Shown here: positions 1 to 9,121 of the stretch, one piece after another
Layout: each line of letters starts with the position of its first letter
Numbering within the stretch: position 1 is the first letter of the stretch
NCBI GenBank assembly: GCA_050008655.1
Contig: JBEKMF010000002.1
Location: 1-52,273 of the forward strand
Length of the DNA stretch: 52,273 nt
Direction: 5' to 3'
Origin: Smithellaceae bacterium
GTDB taxonomy: Bacteria; Desulfobacterota; Syntrophia; Syntrophales; Smithellaceae
Notes under the pieces: generated by a model
Databases searched by the model: none
What the model saw: the letters and a program-made list of their open reading frames with translations, nothing else
Told to the model about the DNA's origin: nothing
Program-made: the position numbers and the translations under genes

Positions 1-1705
1 CCCTGTTGGTGATTATATCCTCCAGTGGCCATTTGAGACGAGCTCGTTCGAAGCTTGTTTTCCAACAAAGGTCGAAATCGAGCTTGTGAATATGGATCAG
101 CATCAGATCATTATCAAAATACAATTCCGGATTTTGAACTAAATGGAATCCAATATCCCAATTCAATGACTGATTTGATATAAGAGTTTTATTATACCAG
201 GCGGTACGGTACATGAACCTTCTTTGAGATAAAACGGATCTGGATGGATTAAATGGATTTTCCTTGTGCGGCAAATGTATCAATTCATAACCGATGCATC
301 TGACGTAATTTTTGTCTAATTTTTGAATATAATCATCCAAGCCGCTGTATTTGTTAATATCGGGCAGAATGATTTCATCCACATCGGTAAATATTACATA
401 TTCGTAATGATTGAGAAGTATTTTTTGTACGGTCTCGGCGACGAATTTAAACCAGAGATGATCAAAACTGAAGGGATAATCCAGTTGTATTACATTGAAT
501 GTAAAATTTTTCAAACATTTTTGCACACTCCCGTCAATGCTTTGATGGTCGAAAACGTAAATATCATTCCCGTCAATATACCGGGTATAATATTCTAGCC
601 AGATAGGCAAAAAAACATCTTCATTTTTAACCATTACAAAGATAGCGCATTTCTTTTTTCCATTTTTTTCCGGTGGCAGTGGCATGGCTTCCAGCGACTT
701 GATTGTATCCATGTAATGCTCACGTTTGTCCACAGGGACAGTGGCAATGTATTTTATTGCATCTAAGTAATACCCGCGCTTATTCGTGGGAATATCGGCA
801 CTTGTCTTTTTATTTCTCCGGAAAAACCTGACAAACGTTTTTAAAACTACGGCAATAATCTGGGCAAAATGAACCAATGCCTTTCTTCTCAATGTATCTT
901 TGGGCGCGATGAAATCGACTAATTTGCGAAGAATCGAACCGTATTTCCACTCAGGAGAATTAGAAACCATTGCTTTATAGTTGGCATATTCAATCCACAG
1001 TTGATTGATTCGCGCTTCGGAAAAAGCAAGCTGTCCGAGAGAATTGAAAAGCTTGCTGATATATTTGCTGGAATTGGCTTCACGTAAAAATTCTATAAAG
1101 TCCTTATTTACCTCTTTGCCGATGGCCACCACTCCCAGGCCGCAGCTGTGCACGAATTCAAAACTGAGATACTTTTGGGATACTTCTTCCCATAATTTCC
1201 AAACGCCAAAATCCTTGTCTTTAATAAATGTGTCATGAAAAACCATGACCCCGCCCGGGGACATTTTGGGCCGCCAGGATTCAAAGTCATTTTTTGTCTC
1301 CTCATAGGTGTGGGAACCATCAATATGCAGCAGGTCAATGCTTCCGTCTTTAAAATGGGTTAATGCTTCGTTGAAGGTCATTCGGAGAAGTTGGGAAAAT
1401 TCGCTATATTCATTCCGGGTGTAATTGCTCAGTTCCTTGTAGATCTCTTCTTCATATTCGCCGAGATGGATGTCGCCTTTCCATGTGTCAATCCCATAGC
1501 ACCGGGCGTTGAGTTTCAATGTTTTAACGGCCTGGCAAAATGCAGTGTATGACTGGCCTTTATAAACACCCAGCTCTACTACTACCTTCGGTTTCAATAT
1601 GCTGATGAGGAAAAAAGCAAACGGAGTATGCGTTAACCAGGTAGATGAATCTACCAATAATCTTTTGGGTGTGTTGAAAATTATCGGATGCCTGGCAGTA
1701 ATCAT
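1..1705 (-). CDS. Partial CDS (3' end runs off the window): N-terminal class I SAM-dependent methyltransferase domain fused to a C-terminal GT-A/GT2-like glycosyltransferase domain
   Basis: Absent from the supplied ORF track because it has no stop inside the window. Manual translation of the minus strand from ATG at 1705-1703 stays open to base 1 (568 codons); an in-frame TAG lies just upstream at 1745-1747. N-terminal part: KPKVVVELGVYKGQSYTAFCQA and GSIDLLHIDGSHTYEETKNDFESWRPKMSPGGVMVFHD (SAM motif I plus the HIDG.H motif also seen in the methyltransferase at 16153-16920). C-terminal part: KKCAIFVMVKNEDVFLPIWLEYYTRY ... VIFTDVDEIILP (GT-A-like with a DxD-type DVDE). Confidence 0.75.
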   Translation of the reverse strand, partial: MITARHPIIFNTPKRLLVDSSTWLTHTPFAFFLISILKPKVVVELGVYKGQSYTAFCQAVKTLKLNARCYGIDTWKGDIHLGEYEEEIYKELSNYTRNEYSEFSQLLRMTFNEALTHFKDGSIDLLHIDGSHTYEETKNDFESWRPKMSPGGVMVFHDTFIKDKDFGVWKLWEEVSQKYLSFEFVHSCGLGVVAIGKEVNKDFIEFLREANSSKYISKLFNSLGQLAFSEARINQLWIEYANYKAMVSNSPEWKYGSILRKLVDFIAPKDTLRRKALVHFAQIIAVVLKTFVRFFRRNKKTSADIPTNKRGYYLDAIKYIATVPVDKREHYMDTIKSLEAMPLPPEKNGKKKCAIFVMVKNEDVFLPIWLEYYTRYIDGNDIYVFDHQSIDGSVQKCLKNFTFNVIQLDYPFSFDHLWFKFVAETVQKILLNHYEYVIFTDVDEIILPDINKYSGLDDYIQKLDKNYVRCIGYELIHLPHKENPFNPSRSVLSQRRFMYRTAWYNKTLISNQSLNWDIGFHLVQNPELYFDNDLMLIHIHKLDFDLCWKTSFERARLKWPLEDIITNR

Positions 1706-1816
1706 TTTCACAAGACCTTTTTTAGTTGCCGAACTATAAGGAAGCTATTTTTGCTTGTCAAGGGATAGTTTGCATCATGCCTTGCAGTTAAGCGCCTACA
1801 ACATACCTCCAAGGGA

Positions 1817-2893
1817 TTAACCATCAGTGAAGAATCTCAACTTACGCCGTATAATCCGCAACCGCTCCCCTATCCACCGTAACGGCGCAGTCAATTTCCA
1901 CGAGAGCGAAGCCGTAATGGCATTTATCTGCACATCACGCTCAGCCATGGCCTGGTTGAGGCTGGCGATCTGCCCATCGCGTTCCAAAATGGCCTGGTTG
2001 ATGATGGAGATCTTCACGTCACGCTCAAAGATGGTCTGGTTGAGGCTGGCGATCTGCTGCTCCGCATGTTGAATCGCCTCGTCGGGTGGTGTAGTTCTTG
2101 CAGACCACGGATTGTAGGTCTGGTCAAAAATCATAGGAGGTTCGTTTGTCGTGGCTTTCAGTCCCTGACACACCAGTTCCATTGAACCTGCGATTACACG
2201 GCGGCCCAGACTATTGTCGGCAGCCGGCGCCTTGCGAACCACGCACATGGAATTAATAAACTCCACTGAATGCACCTGCGACAACGCCACTTCATCAATC
2301 TCACAGCCGTATTTTGTAAAAATGCCACGCAGAATATCGGCTCGCGCCCTGGGTATGCCCCAGTGCTCGTGGTTGATGATGTCGGCAAGGCGTTTGAAGA
2401 AAGAGATCGAGGAGTAGGGATAAAACAGACCGCCCTGAGAATGTTCCCAGTAGCTGCAATGCAAATCCTCGACGATAAAGATGCCACCCCCCACTATCCG
2501 CGGGAAATACAGCGCAAAGGATTTGATTATGTCGCTCGACAGATGAGAACCGTCATCAATAATTATATCGAACTGCGGCGAGCGCTGGAACACCTGCTTA
2601 CAGACATCGGGATTATTGGCATCTCCGACGATGACACCGATGCGTGGATTGTCGAAGCTGAGGCGCGCGCAGTCCGGATTGATGTCGCAACCGATCAAGG
2701 TTGAGGCATTGCGAAAGTACTTTGACCAGATCTCGAGCGAGCCGCCATTCTGTATGCCGATTTCCAGCAAGCATATTGGCTTATCGCGGTAGTAATCGAA
2801 CAAGCGATCGTATTCGGTCAGATACAAGGACCACTTGTCGGACACTTTGCCAGTATGCTCAGCGTACAGCTGATGAAACGTTTTGTTAATCAT
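1817..2893 (-). CDS. Class I SAM-dependent methyltransferase with C-terminal repeat-built coiled coil (WbdD-like position; candidate glycan chain terminator)
   Basis: Track ORF is 1817-2932. I prefer the ATG at 2893 (MINKTFHQLYAEHTGKVSDKW), which overlaps the wzt stop by 8 nt. Motifs: LLEIGIQNGGSLEIW (SAM motif I) and IIIDDGSH. The last ~90 aa are 14-residue (two-heptad) repeats IASLNQ..ERD.Q followed by SWKLTAPLRW. It lies immediately downstream of wzm-wzt. Confidence 0.8.
   Translation of the reverse strand: MINKTFHQLYAEHTGKVSDKWSLYLTEYDRLFDYYRDKPICLLEIGIQNGGSLEIWSKYFRNASTLIGCDINPDCARLSFDNPRIGVIVGDANNPDVCKQVFQRSPQFDIIIDDGSHLSSDIIKSFALYFPRIVGGGIFIVEDLHCSYWEHSQGGLFYPYSSISFFKRLADIINHEHWGIPRARADILRGIFTKYGCEIDEVALSQVHSVEFINSMCVVRKAPAADNSLGRRVIAGSMELVCQGLKATTNEPPMIFDQTYNPWSARTTPPDEAIQHAEQQIASLNQTIFERDVKISIINQAILERDGQIASLNQAMAERDVQINAITASLSWKLTAPLRWIGERLRIIRRKLRFFTDG
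1928..2053 (-). repeat. Three tandem 42-nt coding repeats (14-aa coiled-coil units) inside the methyltransferase gene
   Basis: Units on the plus strand: 1928-1969 ctgcacatcacgctcagccatggcctggttgaggctggcgat; 1970-2011 ctgcccatcgcgttccaaaatggcctggttgatgatggagat; 2012-2053 cttcacgtcacgctcaaagatggtctggttgaggctggcgat. A more degenerate unit lies at 1886-1927. They encode IASLNQAMAERDVQ / ISIINQAILERDGQ / IASLNQTIFERDVK. Confidence 0.7.
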
Positions 2894-4238
2894 GGATAAC
2901 CTCAAGCGAAACCTTCTCAAAGGGAATGCCAACGAGTCCGTATCGAACCTTGCTGGAGCTAACAGTGATAATCAGCGCGTTGTGCATCCAGTGGTGCTGA
3001 ACGTTTTCATTTGGAATCCCGTCTGCGACTGAAGCCATCAATGCATATTGCCCATTGGGCAGCATAGGCAACCTGAATTCGAAGACGCCCTCGAATGTCA
3101 TGCCCGCCCCAATAGGTGTCGGCACGCGATTGGTAAAGGGCAGCGTATTTTCACCGAACAAAGGCTGTCCCAGACGGTCTCGCAACCAAAAACCAAGTAT
3201 CGGTCTTGGAAGCGGTTCAAGAGCCTTGGCGCGTATTGTCAAGCGCACACGCTCGCCGCCTTCAAATAAGCCTTCTTGTCCGGGGGACAAGTGCGTAAGA
3301 GAAATGGAAACGATCTCGGCCTTGCCAGTTTTCCAGCCCTTGGCCGCATTGATGTTGTCGCGTACTGAAGCGACAGCGGCATAATTGATTACTGGTGGTG
3401 ATGCCGTCTCTGGAATGGGCTCATCACTCATAGTAGTAGGCGATATCGAAGTTAGCTTTGCTTCGCTGCCGTACATCTCCTGCTGTGTGTACTGAAAATA
3501 CGCTTCCGTGATACTCTTTGCCGTGCCGGACTGCTCAATCCTGCCATTCTTGAGCCAGATAGCGGTCTTGCAGAGGTTTTGAACCGCTGCAATGTCGTGG
3601 CTGACAAAGATCAATGTACCATTCTCCTGAAAGATGCGGATAAAGCGCATGCATTTCTGTGTGAACACGGCATCACCGACGGACAGCGCTTCATCGACCA
3701 CCAAAATATCTGCGTTCACATGTGCAATCACCGCAAAAGCCAGCCGCACATACATACCACTGGAGTAGGTCTTGACTGGATGCTCAATGAACTGCCCAAT
3801 ATCGGCAAAAGCGGCAATATCGTCAAAGCGTGCGTCAATCTCCTCTTTGGCAAGTCCCAGGATAGAAGCATTCATATACACATTCTCCCGCCCGGTGAAC
3901 TCGGGGTTGAATCCGGAACCAAGTTCCAGCAGTGCCGCGATGTGTCCATTGGTTTGAATGCTGCCGCTGGTTGGGTTAAGCGTGCCGCAAATCATTTGCA
4001 GCAGCGTGGATTTACCCGAACCGTTGCTTCCGATTATGCCGACCGTTTCGCCTTTCTTCACTTCAAAAGAGACATCATTAAGCGCCCAAAACTCGCGGAA
4101 GTATTGCTGTGGAGACTGTCCGAAAAGCCTTTGCAGGCGTGGATTGACAAATTGTTTGAGCCGGTCACGGGGGGCATTATAAATCTCATAACATTTACCC
4201 AGATTGCTGACTCGTACGGCAACATCATTAGAGGACAT
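2886..4238 (-). CDS. wzt: O-antigen/teichoic-acid-type ABC exporter ATP-binding protein Wzt with C-terminal extension (putative glycan-terminus-binding domain)
   Basis: Walker A GSNGSGKST, signature YSSGMYVRL, Walker B ILVVDEAL. About 200 aa follow the NBD (VSISLTHLSPGQEG ... GVFEFRLPMLPNGQYALMASV), as in Wzt proteins that carry a beta-sandwich carbohydrate-binding domain. Start taken at ATG 4238 (MSSNDVAVRVSNLGKCYEIY); the track ORF extends to 4373, deep inside wzm. Confidence 0.9.
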   Translation of the reverse strand: MSSNDVAVRVSNLGKCYEIYNAPRDRLKQFVNPRLQRLFGQSPQQYFREFWALNDVSFEVKKGETVGIIGSNGSGKSTLLQMICGTLNPTSGSIQTNGHIAALLELGSGFNPEFTGRENVYMNASILGLAKEEIDARFDDIAAFADIGQFIEHPVKTYSSGMYVRLAFAVIAHVNADILVVDEALSVGDAVFTQKCMRFIRIFQENGTLIFVSHDIAAVQNLCKTAIWLKNGRIEQSGTAKSITEAYFQYTQQEMYGSEAKLTSISPTTMSDEPIPETASPPVINYAAVASVRDNINAAKGWKTGKAEIVSISLTHLSPGQEGLFEGGERVRLTIRAKALEPLPRPILGFWLRDRLGQPLFGENTLPFTNRVPTPIGAGMTFEGVFEFRLPMLPNGQYALMASVADGIPNENVQHHWMHNALIITVSSSKVRYGLVGIPFEKVSLEVIHD

Positions 4239-5064
4239 CAGCAAATCCCTTTCTGGTCTTCTGGAACCAAACATAGCCCAGCCAGACCACTCCCCAAGCC
4301 ACAATGCTATAGATGCCCAGTCCCGCCCAATCAGGGAGATGTCCCCAGATAAGTACTTCACGAGCCTGTTCAATAATGAAGGTGAGAGGATTGGCCATAA
4401 TCCAGGGGCGCAATGCTGCCGGCAACGCTGTCACCGGATAAAAGATGGGGGAAGCAAACATCATCACCATAGTGATAATGCCTGTGGTTTGACCTAAATC
4501 ACGAAGGAATACACCCAGCGATGCCAGTATCCAGGCAAAACCAAGAGTAAGGATAATAAGCGGTAACAACGCTAAGGGGATAAATATTATCGTCCAATTC
4601 AGGTAACCGTTAAATAGTGCAAAAGCAATCAGCAGCACACCAAGGCTCACGAGGCTGTGGAATAGAGCTGCGCCTATAGCAACTGCCGGTAAAATATCCA
4701 GCGGGAATACTACTTTTTTAACAAAATTTACGTTGGAGGTAATTAGCGTCGGTGCGCGGTTGATCACCTCGGCAAATAGGCTATGGACGATCATGCCCAC
4801 AAACAACACAATGGCAAACTGTGTTTTAGTCTCATCAGTACTTATACCCCAGCGGGCCTTGAAAACAACTGAGAACACAAATGTATAGATGGTAAGCATG
4901 ATCAAGGGATTGAAAAATGACCAGGCGATACCCAGCACCGAGCCCTTGTAGCGACCGACTACTTCGCGCCTGGTCATTTGCGCGATGAGTTGGCGGTTGC
5001 GCCAGAGACTACGCAACAGGGACATCGGCGACGTTGGTTGCCTGGCATGAGGATTTACTTGCAC
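4228..5064 (-). CDS. wzm: ABC-2 type polysaccharide exporter permease Wzm
   Basis: 278 aa with multiple hydrophobic segments. N-terminus is typical of ABC-2 permeases: LLRSLWRNRQLIAQMTRREVVGRYKGSVLGIAWSFFNPL. GTG start at 5064 is preceded by GAGGTG 5 nt upstream. 11-nt overlap with wzt. Confidence 0.9.
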   Translation of the reverse strand: MQVNPHARQPTSPMSLLRSLWRNRQLIAQMTRREVVGRYKGSVLGIAWSFFNPLIMLTIYTFVFSVVFKARWGISTDETKTQFAIVLFVGMIVHSLFAEVINRAPTLITSNVNFVKKVVFPLDILPAVAIGAALFHSLVSLGVLLIAFALFNGYLNWTIIFIPLALLPLIILTLGFAWILASLGVFLRDLGQTTGIITMVMMFASPIFYPVTALPAALRPWIMANPLTFIIEQAREVLIWGHLPDWAGLGIYSIVAWGVVWLGYVWFQKTRKGFADVL

Positions 5065-5485
5065 TCGAGCACCTCTATATTACCTGTTGGTTTGATCATG
5101 TTAAAAACTAACATTATTTAAGTGCTTTTTACAAGCCGAAGGATTTTGAAATATTTTTAAAGATCATGACTGATCAGAAACAAAGCCCCTCCTCGATTTT
5201 TTCGCGGCATCCCGTACCTTGGGAACGGCCATGTTTTCAAGACATTCACTGCGGCCGCTTCTGTGCATTTCCCATACGATTAAACATTTCTGCATTTGTG
5301 AAACTCCAATTTCCATAACGCAGTGCAGGGAAATTGGTAAGTTGAACAATCCCGCACAGCGGAGGGTATGATAGCAAGAAGCTTGTTGCGAAACTGATTT
5401 TCAAAGTTTGCCTTTGGTTTCATACCCGCGATTTTCTACCTAAAAAAAGCTTTTATTGAATAAAGAATACTTTTAGGGCGTCTGA

Positions 5486-7390
5486 TTAGCGCCTGATAAT
5501 TTCACGCTCCCTCAGCATGTTCATAATACAGGCAACGCTGTCTTCTACGCTCTGTACATCTGTGTTCAACAAAATTTCTGGGTTATCCGGCGCTTCATAC
5601 GGTGATGATACGCCGGTAAAATTTTTAATTTCTCCACGAATGGCCTTCTTATATAGCCCATTGGGATCGCGCCGTTTGCACACATCCAGATCGCAGGATA
5701 CGTAGATTTCAAAAAACCGTCCTTCGGGAATTAGTAAACGGGCAGTGGCTCTGTCTTTGGCAAAAGGAGAAATAAATGTGCAAATGACCAAATGCCCGGA
5801 TTCGAAAAACAGCCTCGCCACCTGAGCAGCCCTGTGGATATTTTCTTCTCGATCTTTTCCGGAGAATCCAAGATTCGCGCTTAGGCCATGGCGAAGCTGA
5901 TCCCCGTCCAAAAGCATGGTTTGGCAACCGGATTGAAAAAGTGTTTCTTCCAGAGCCATGGCGATGGTTGATTTTCCGGCGCCGGATAATCCGGTAAGCC
6001 AGAAAACCGCGGCTTTGTGCTGGTTGCGGGCTTCCCGGGCCTGACGATCAATGTTCCAATCCCGCCAAACCGTGTGTGGAGATTTGTCCTGCTTGGATGA
6101 TATATTCTTATCTCTCGGAACAATATCACCGATTGTTCGAAATAGACCACGGATCATGCCTGCTGCTACGGTGTGATGCGTCAGGGGATCGATGAGAATA
6201 AAACAGCCGGTACCACGGTTAATTTTATAAGGATCACAAAAGATCGGCGCTGTCGCTTGAAGCTCGATCCGGCCGATATCGTTGAGAGAGAGGGATTCTG
6301 TCTGATGGCGATGGAGATTGTTCACATCCACCTGATAAACGACCCTGGAAACAAAAGCTTTAACCATCCTTGTTGTATGCTGCAAAAGATACGGCTTGTT
6401 GAGGGACAGGGGAGCATCGTCCATCCAGCAGATCATGCCCTCAAAGCTCGTTCCAACCTGGGGAAGATTATTTTTCCTGACGATCATATCGCCCCGGCTG
6501 ACGTCAACCTCGTCTTCGAGAGTCAATATAACAGATTGCGGGGCAAACGCTTCTGCTAGTTCTCCATCATAGGTTACTACAGAGCGCACCCGCGTCGTTT
6601 TCCCCGAGGGAAGAACGACAATCTCCTCTCCCGGGCTCAGAGTACCGGAAACAATCTTGCCGGCAAAGCCCCGGAAATCCTGATGCGGCCGAATAACATA
6701 CTGGACAGGAAAACGGAAGTCCACCAGGTTACGGTCGGCGGAAACATGCACATTCTCCAGATAATGAAGCAAAGTGCCGCCTTCATACCAGGGCATGTTA
6801 GAGCTTTTTCCTACTACATTATCGCCTTTAAGAGCGGAAACAGGAATGAAGACAATATCATGAATATCCAGTTTTTCGGAAAAATCCGTATATTGCTTAA
6901 CGATTTGGTTATAAACATTTTCCGAATATTCCACCAGATCCATCTTGTTTATGGCCACAACCAAATGGGGAATCCGCAGCAGCGATACAATGAATCCGTG
7001 ACGCTTGGATTGGGTAAGCACGCCGTTGCGGGCGTCGATGAGAATAATGGCGCAGTCGGCTGTTGAAGCCCCGCTGATCATATTCCTGGTATATTGAACA
7101 TGGCCGGGACTGTCCGTAATAATGAACTTTCTTGAAGATGTCTCGAAATAGCGATGGGCAACATCAATCGTAATTCCCTGTTCCCGCTCCGCCGACAATC
7201 CATCCAAAAGGAGCGCTAAGTCAGCTTCGGCCAGTCCCTTTTTGCGCGAGGTTTTTTCTATAGCGGCATACTGATCTTCGAAAATGGCCTTTGTTTCGTA
7301 CAGCAGCCGCCCGAGCAGCGTTGACTTGCCATCGTCCACACTACCGGTTGTTGCAAAACGCAGCAGGGTTTTTTCCTTGGCTGTTGTCAA
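5486..7390 (-). CDS. cysNC: Bifunctional sulfate adenylyltransferase subunit 1 (GTPase) / adenylylsulfate (APS) kinase
   Basis: GTPase motifs GSVDDGKST, DSPGH and NKMD in the first ~430 aa. C-terminal APS-kinase domain with P-loop GLSGAGKST. ATGA overlap with cysD (7387-7390). Confidence 0.93.
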   Translation of the reverse strand: MTTAKEKTLLRFATTGSVDDGKSTLLGRLLYETKAIFEDQYAAIEKTSRKKGLAEADLALLLDGLSAEREQGITIDVAHRYFETSSRKFIITDSPGHVQYTRNMISGASTADCAIILIDARNGVLTQSKRHGFIVSLLRIPHLVVAINKMDLVEYSENVYNQIVKQYTDFSEKLDIHDIVFIPVSALKGDNVVGKSSNMPWYEGGTLLHYLENVHVSADRNLVDFRFPVQYVIRPHQDFRGFAGKIVSGTLSPGEEIVVLPSGKTTRVRSVVTYDGELAEAFAPQSVILTLEDEVDVSRGDMIVRKNNLPQVGTSFEGMICWMDDAPLSLNKPYLLQHTTRMVKAFVSRVVYQVDVNNLHRHQTESLSLNDIGRIELQATAPIFCDPYKINRGTGCFILIDPLTHHTVAAGMIRGLFRTIGDIVPRDKNISSKQDKSPHTVWRDWNIDRQAREARNQHKAAVFWLTGLSGAGKSTIAMALEETLFQSGCQTMLLDGDQLRHGLSANLGFSGKDREENIHRAAQVARLFFESGHLVICTFISPFAKDRATARLLIPEGRFFEIYVSCDLDVCKRRDPNGLYKKAIRGEIKNFTGVSSPYEAPDNPEILLNTDVQSVEDSVACIMNMLREREIIRR

Positions 7391-8313
7391 AAATATCCCT
7401 CTTTCTTTTTTTGTTCCATGGAGGCATCGCCGGTTAAATCGATTACACGGTTTTCCCGCTCGGACTTTTTGGCCATGATAACTTCCGCAATGATCTCGTC
7501 AATGCTCGTCGCTGTCGAAGCAATAGCTCCGGTGCAAGGAATGCATCCCAGGCTGCGGAAACGGCAGCGCACTGTTTCCACCGGTTCGTTCCCTGTATGA
7601 CCAGCAGAATGTTTGTCCTTCACCAACGATGCCGTAAGCGGAATCAGAATACCGTTACGCCGGACCACCTTTCGCTCCAGGGCAAAATAGATAGGCACAA
7701 CCGGTATATTTTCCAGTTTGATGTACTGCCAGATATCCTTTTCCGTCCAGTTACTGAGTGGAAAGACTCGCACCGTTTCTCCTTCATTAATACAGGTGTT
7801 GTATAGATCCCAGACCTCCGGCCGCTGATTCTTCGGATCCCACTGACCGAAGGCATCCCGCAGGGAAAAAACGCGCTCCTTGGCTCGTGATTTTTCTTCT
7901 TCTCTTCTGGCTCCGCCGATGGCCGCATCGAAGCCGTGCTTTTTTATGGCTGAAAGCAATGCTCCGGTCTTGAGATAGCTGCAGCATTTATCAACGCCCG
8001 TCTTCAGGGGATGACAACCTTTGGCAATCCATTCCTCGTTGCGCTCCACAATCAGCCGGAGATCCGACTTTTTACAGAAAGCATCACGGAAGGCGTACAT
8101 TTCCGGAAACTTGAAGCCTGTATCCACATGCATCAGGGGAAAGGGAATTTTGCCGGGATAAAAAGCCTTCAGCGCCAGGTGCACCAGCACGCTGGAGTCT
8201 TTACCTGCGGAGTAGAGCAAAACAGGATTCTTAAATTCTGCTGCTGATTCCCGCAGAATATAGATTGATTCCGATTCAAGCTGCTTCAGATAAGGCATAC
8301 TGTAAGAAGACAT
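7387..8313 (-). CDS. cysD: Sulfate adenylyltransferase subunit 2
   Basis: 308 aa, PP-loop SAGKDSSV, typical CysD length. Its ATG shares one base with the pstB stop (TGATG at 8315-8311). Confidence 0.93.
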   Translation of the reverse strand: MSSYSMPYLKQLESESIYILRESAAEFKNPVLLYSAGKDSSVLVHLALKAFYPGKIPFPLMHVDTGFKFPEMYAFRDAFCKKSDLRLIVERNEEWIAKGCHPLKTGVDKCCSYLKTGALLSAIKKHGFDAAIGGARREEEKSRAKERVFSLRDAFGQWDPKNQRPEVWDLYNTCINEGETVRVFPLSNWTEKDIWQYIKLENIPVVPIYFALERKVVRRNGILIPLTASLVKDKHSAGHTGNEPVETVRCRFRSLGCIPCTGAIASTATSIDEIIAEVIMAKKSERENRVIDLTGDASMEQKKKEGYF

Positions 8314-9110
8314 CAGCTGATTTCTCCTGATATGTAGGCGCGTGTCCGTTCATCTTTCGGGACATTGAGTATATCTTCGGCGGGTCCGTACTCCACCACT
8401 TCACCCATAAACATAAAAACCACATAATCGGCAAGGCGTCTCGCCTGGCGAAGGATATGGGTCACAACAACAATGCTATAGTCCTGCTTTAAGAGCCTAA
8501 ACCGGGATTCTACAATCTTGGCGGAAATTGGATCTAAGGCCGAGGTAGGTTCATCAGCAAGGATAACCTCCGGTTCTACAGCCAGAGTTCTGGCCAACGC
8601 CAGGCGCTGCAACTGACCAAGGGAAAGTTTCGCTGCAGGACTATGCAAGCGGTCTTTCACCTCGTCCCAGAGACCGGCCAGTTGCAAATAGTGTTCAACA
8701 CAATAATCCATTGTGGATTCTACACTTTGGGAAATTGCCGCTACTGCATTTTCGGGCATTGCCTTGCCCTTTAGTCCGTGAATCTTCGGTCCGAAAGCGA
8801 CATTGTTGTAAATCGACATGGGCAGCGGATAAGGCCGCTGGGAAAGAAATCCGACCTTTTTCCGCAAGGCAAGAATGTCGGCATCCGGATTATAAATATC
8901 TATTCCGTCAATGACGACCGATCCGGTTAGTGTTGCTTCTTCATAGAGATCCAGAAGCCGGTTCATGCTCTTGAGCAATGTCGTTTTTCCACAACCGGAG
9001 GGACCAATAATAGCAACAATCTGACGGTCGGGAATATCGAGGGCGATCTGATTGAGCGCTTGAAAATTGCCGTATTGAACAGATAGATTATGTAATTGTA
9101 TATGGGACAT
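8313..9110 (-). CDS. pstB: PstB-family ABC transporter ATP-binding protein
   Basis: 265 aa. Walker A GPSGCGKTT, signature LSLGQLQRL, Walker B ILADEPTSALD. PstB-like N- and C-termini (NRLLDL; ERTRAYISGEIS). Confidence 0.85.
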   Translation of the reverse strand: MSHIQLHNLSVQYGNFQALNQIALDIPDRQIVAIIGPSGCGKTTLLKSMNRLLDLYEEATLTGSVVIDGIDIYNPDADILALRKKVGFLSQRPYPLPMSIYNNVAFGPKIHGLKGKAMPENAVAAISQSVESTMDYCVEHYLQLAGLWDEVKDRLHSPAAKLSLGQLQRLALARTLAVEPEVILADEPTSALDPISAKIVESRFRLLKQDYSIVVVTHILRQARRLADYVVFMFMGEVVEYGPAEDILNVPKDERTRAYISGEIS

Positions 9111-9121
9111 AATTTAATTCC

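Noticed and set aside
4239-4373. Long N-terminal extensions of several track ORFs that overlap the preceding gene (wzt to 4373, methyltransferase to 2932, E1 beta to 35273, AKR to 37165, sulfotransferase to 21902).
   Set aside because: Internal ATGs give canonical family N-termini and short ATGA-type overlaps. The extended parts have no family similarity.
5065-5485. 421-nt gap between cysNC and wzm. It holds a 61-codon TTG-initiated ORF (5164-5349), a 47-codon ATG ORF in another frame (MKPKANFENQFRNKLLAIIPS...), and an 8-bp inverted repeat GGGTATGA / TCATACCC (5364-5371 and 5420-5427).
   Set aside because: The ORFs have weak or no SD and no family resemblance. An 8-bp inverted repeat within ~60 nt is roughly expected by chance in a gap of this size, and no T-tract follows it. 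The gap probably holds a promoter for wzm-wzt, but I cannot locate it.
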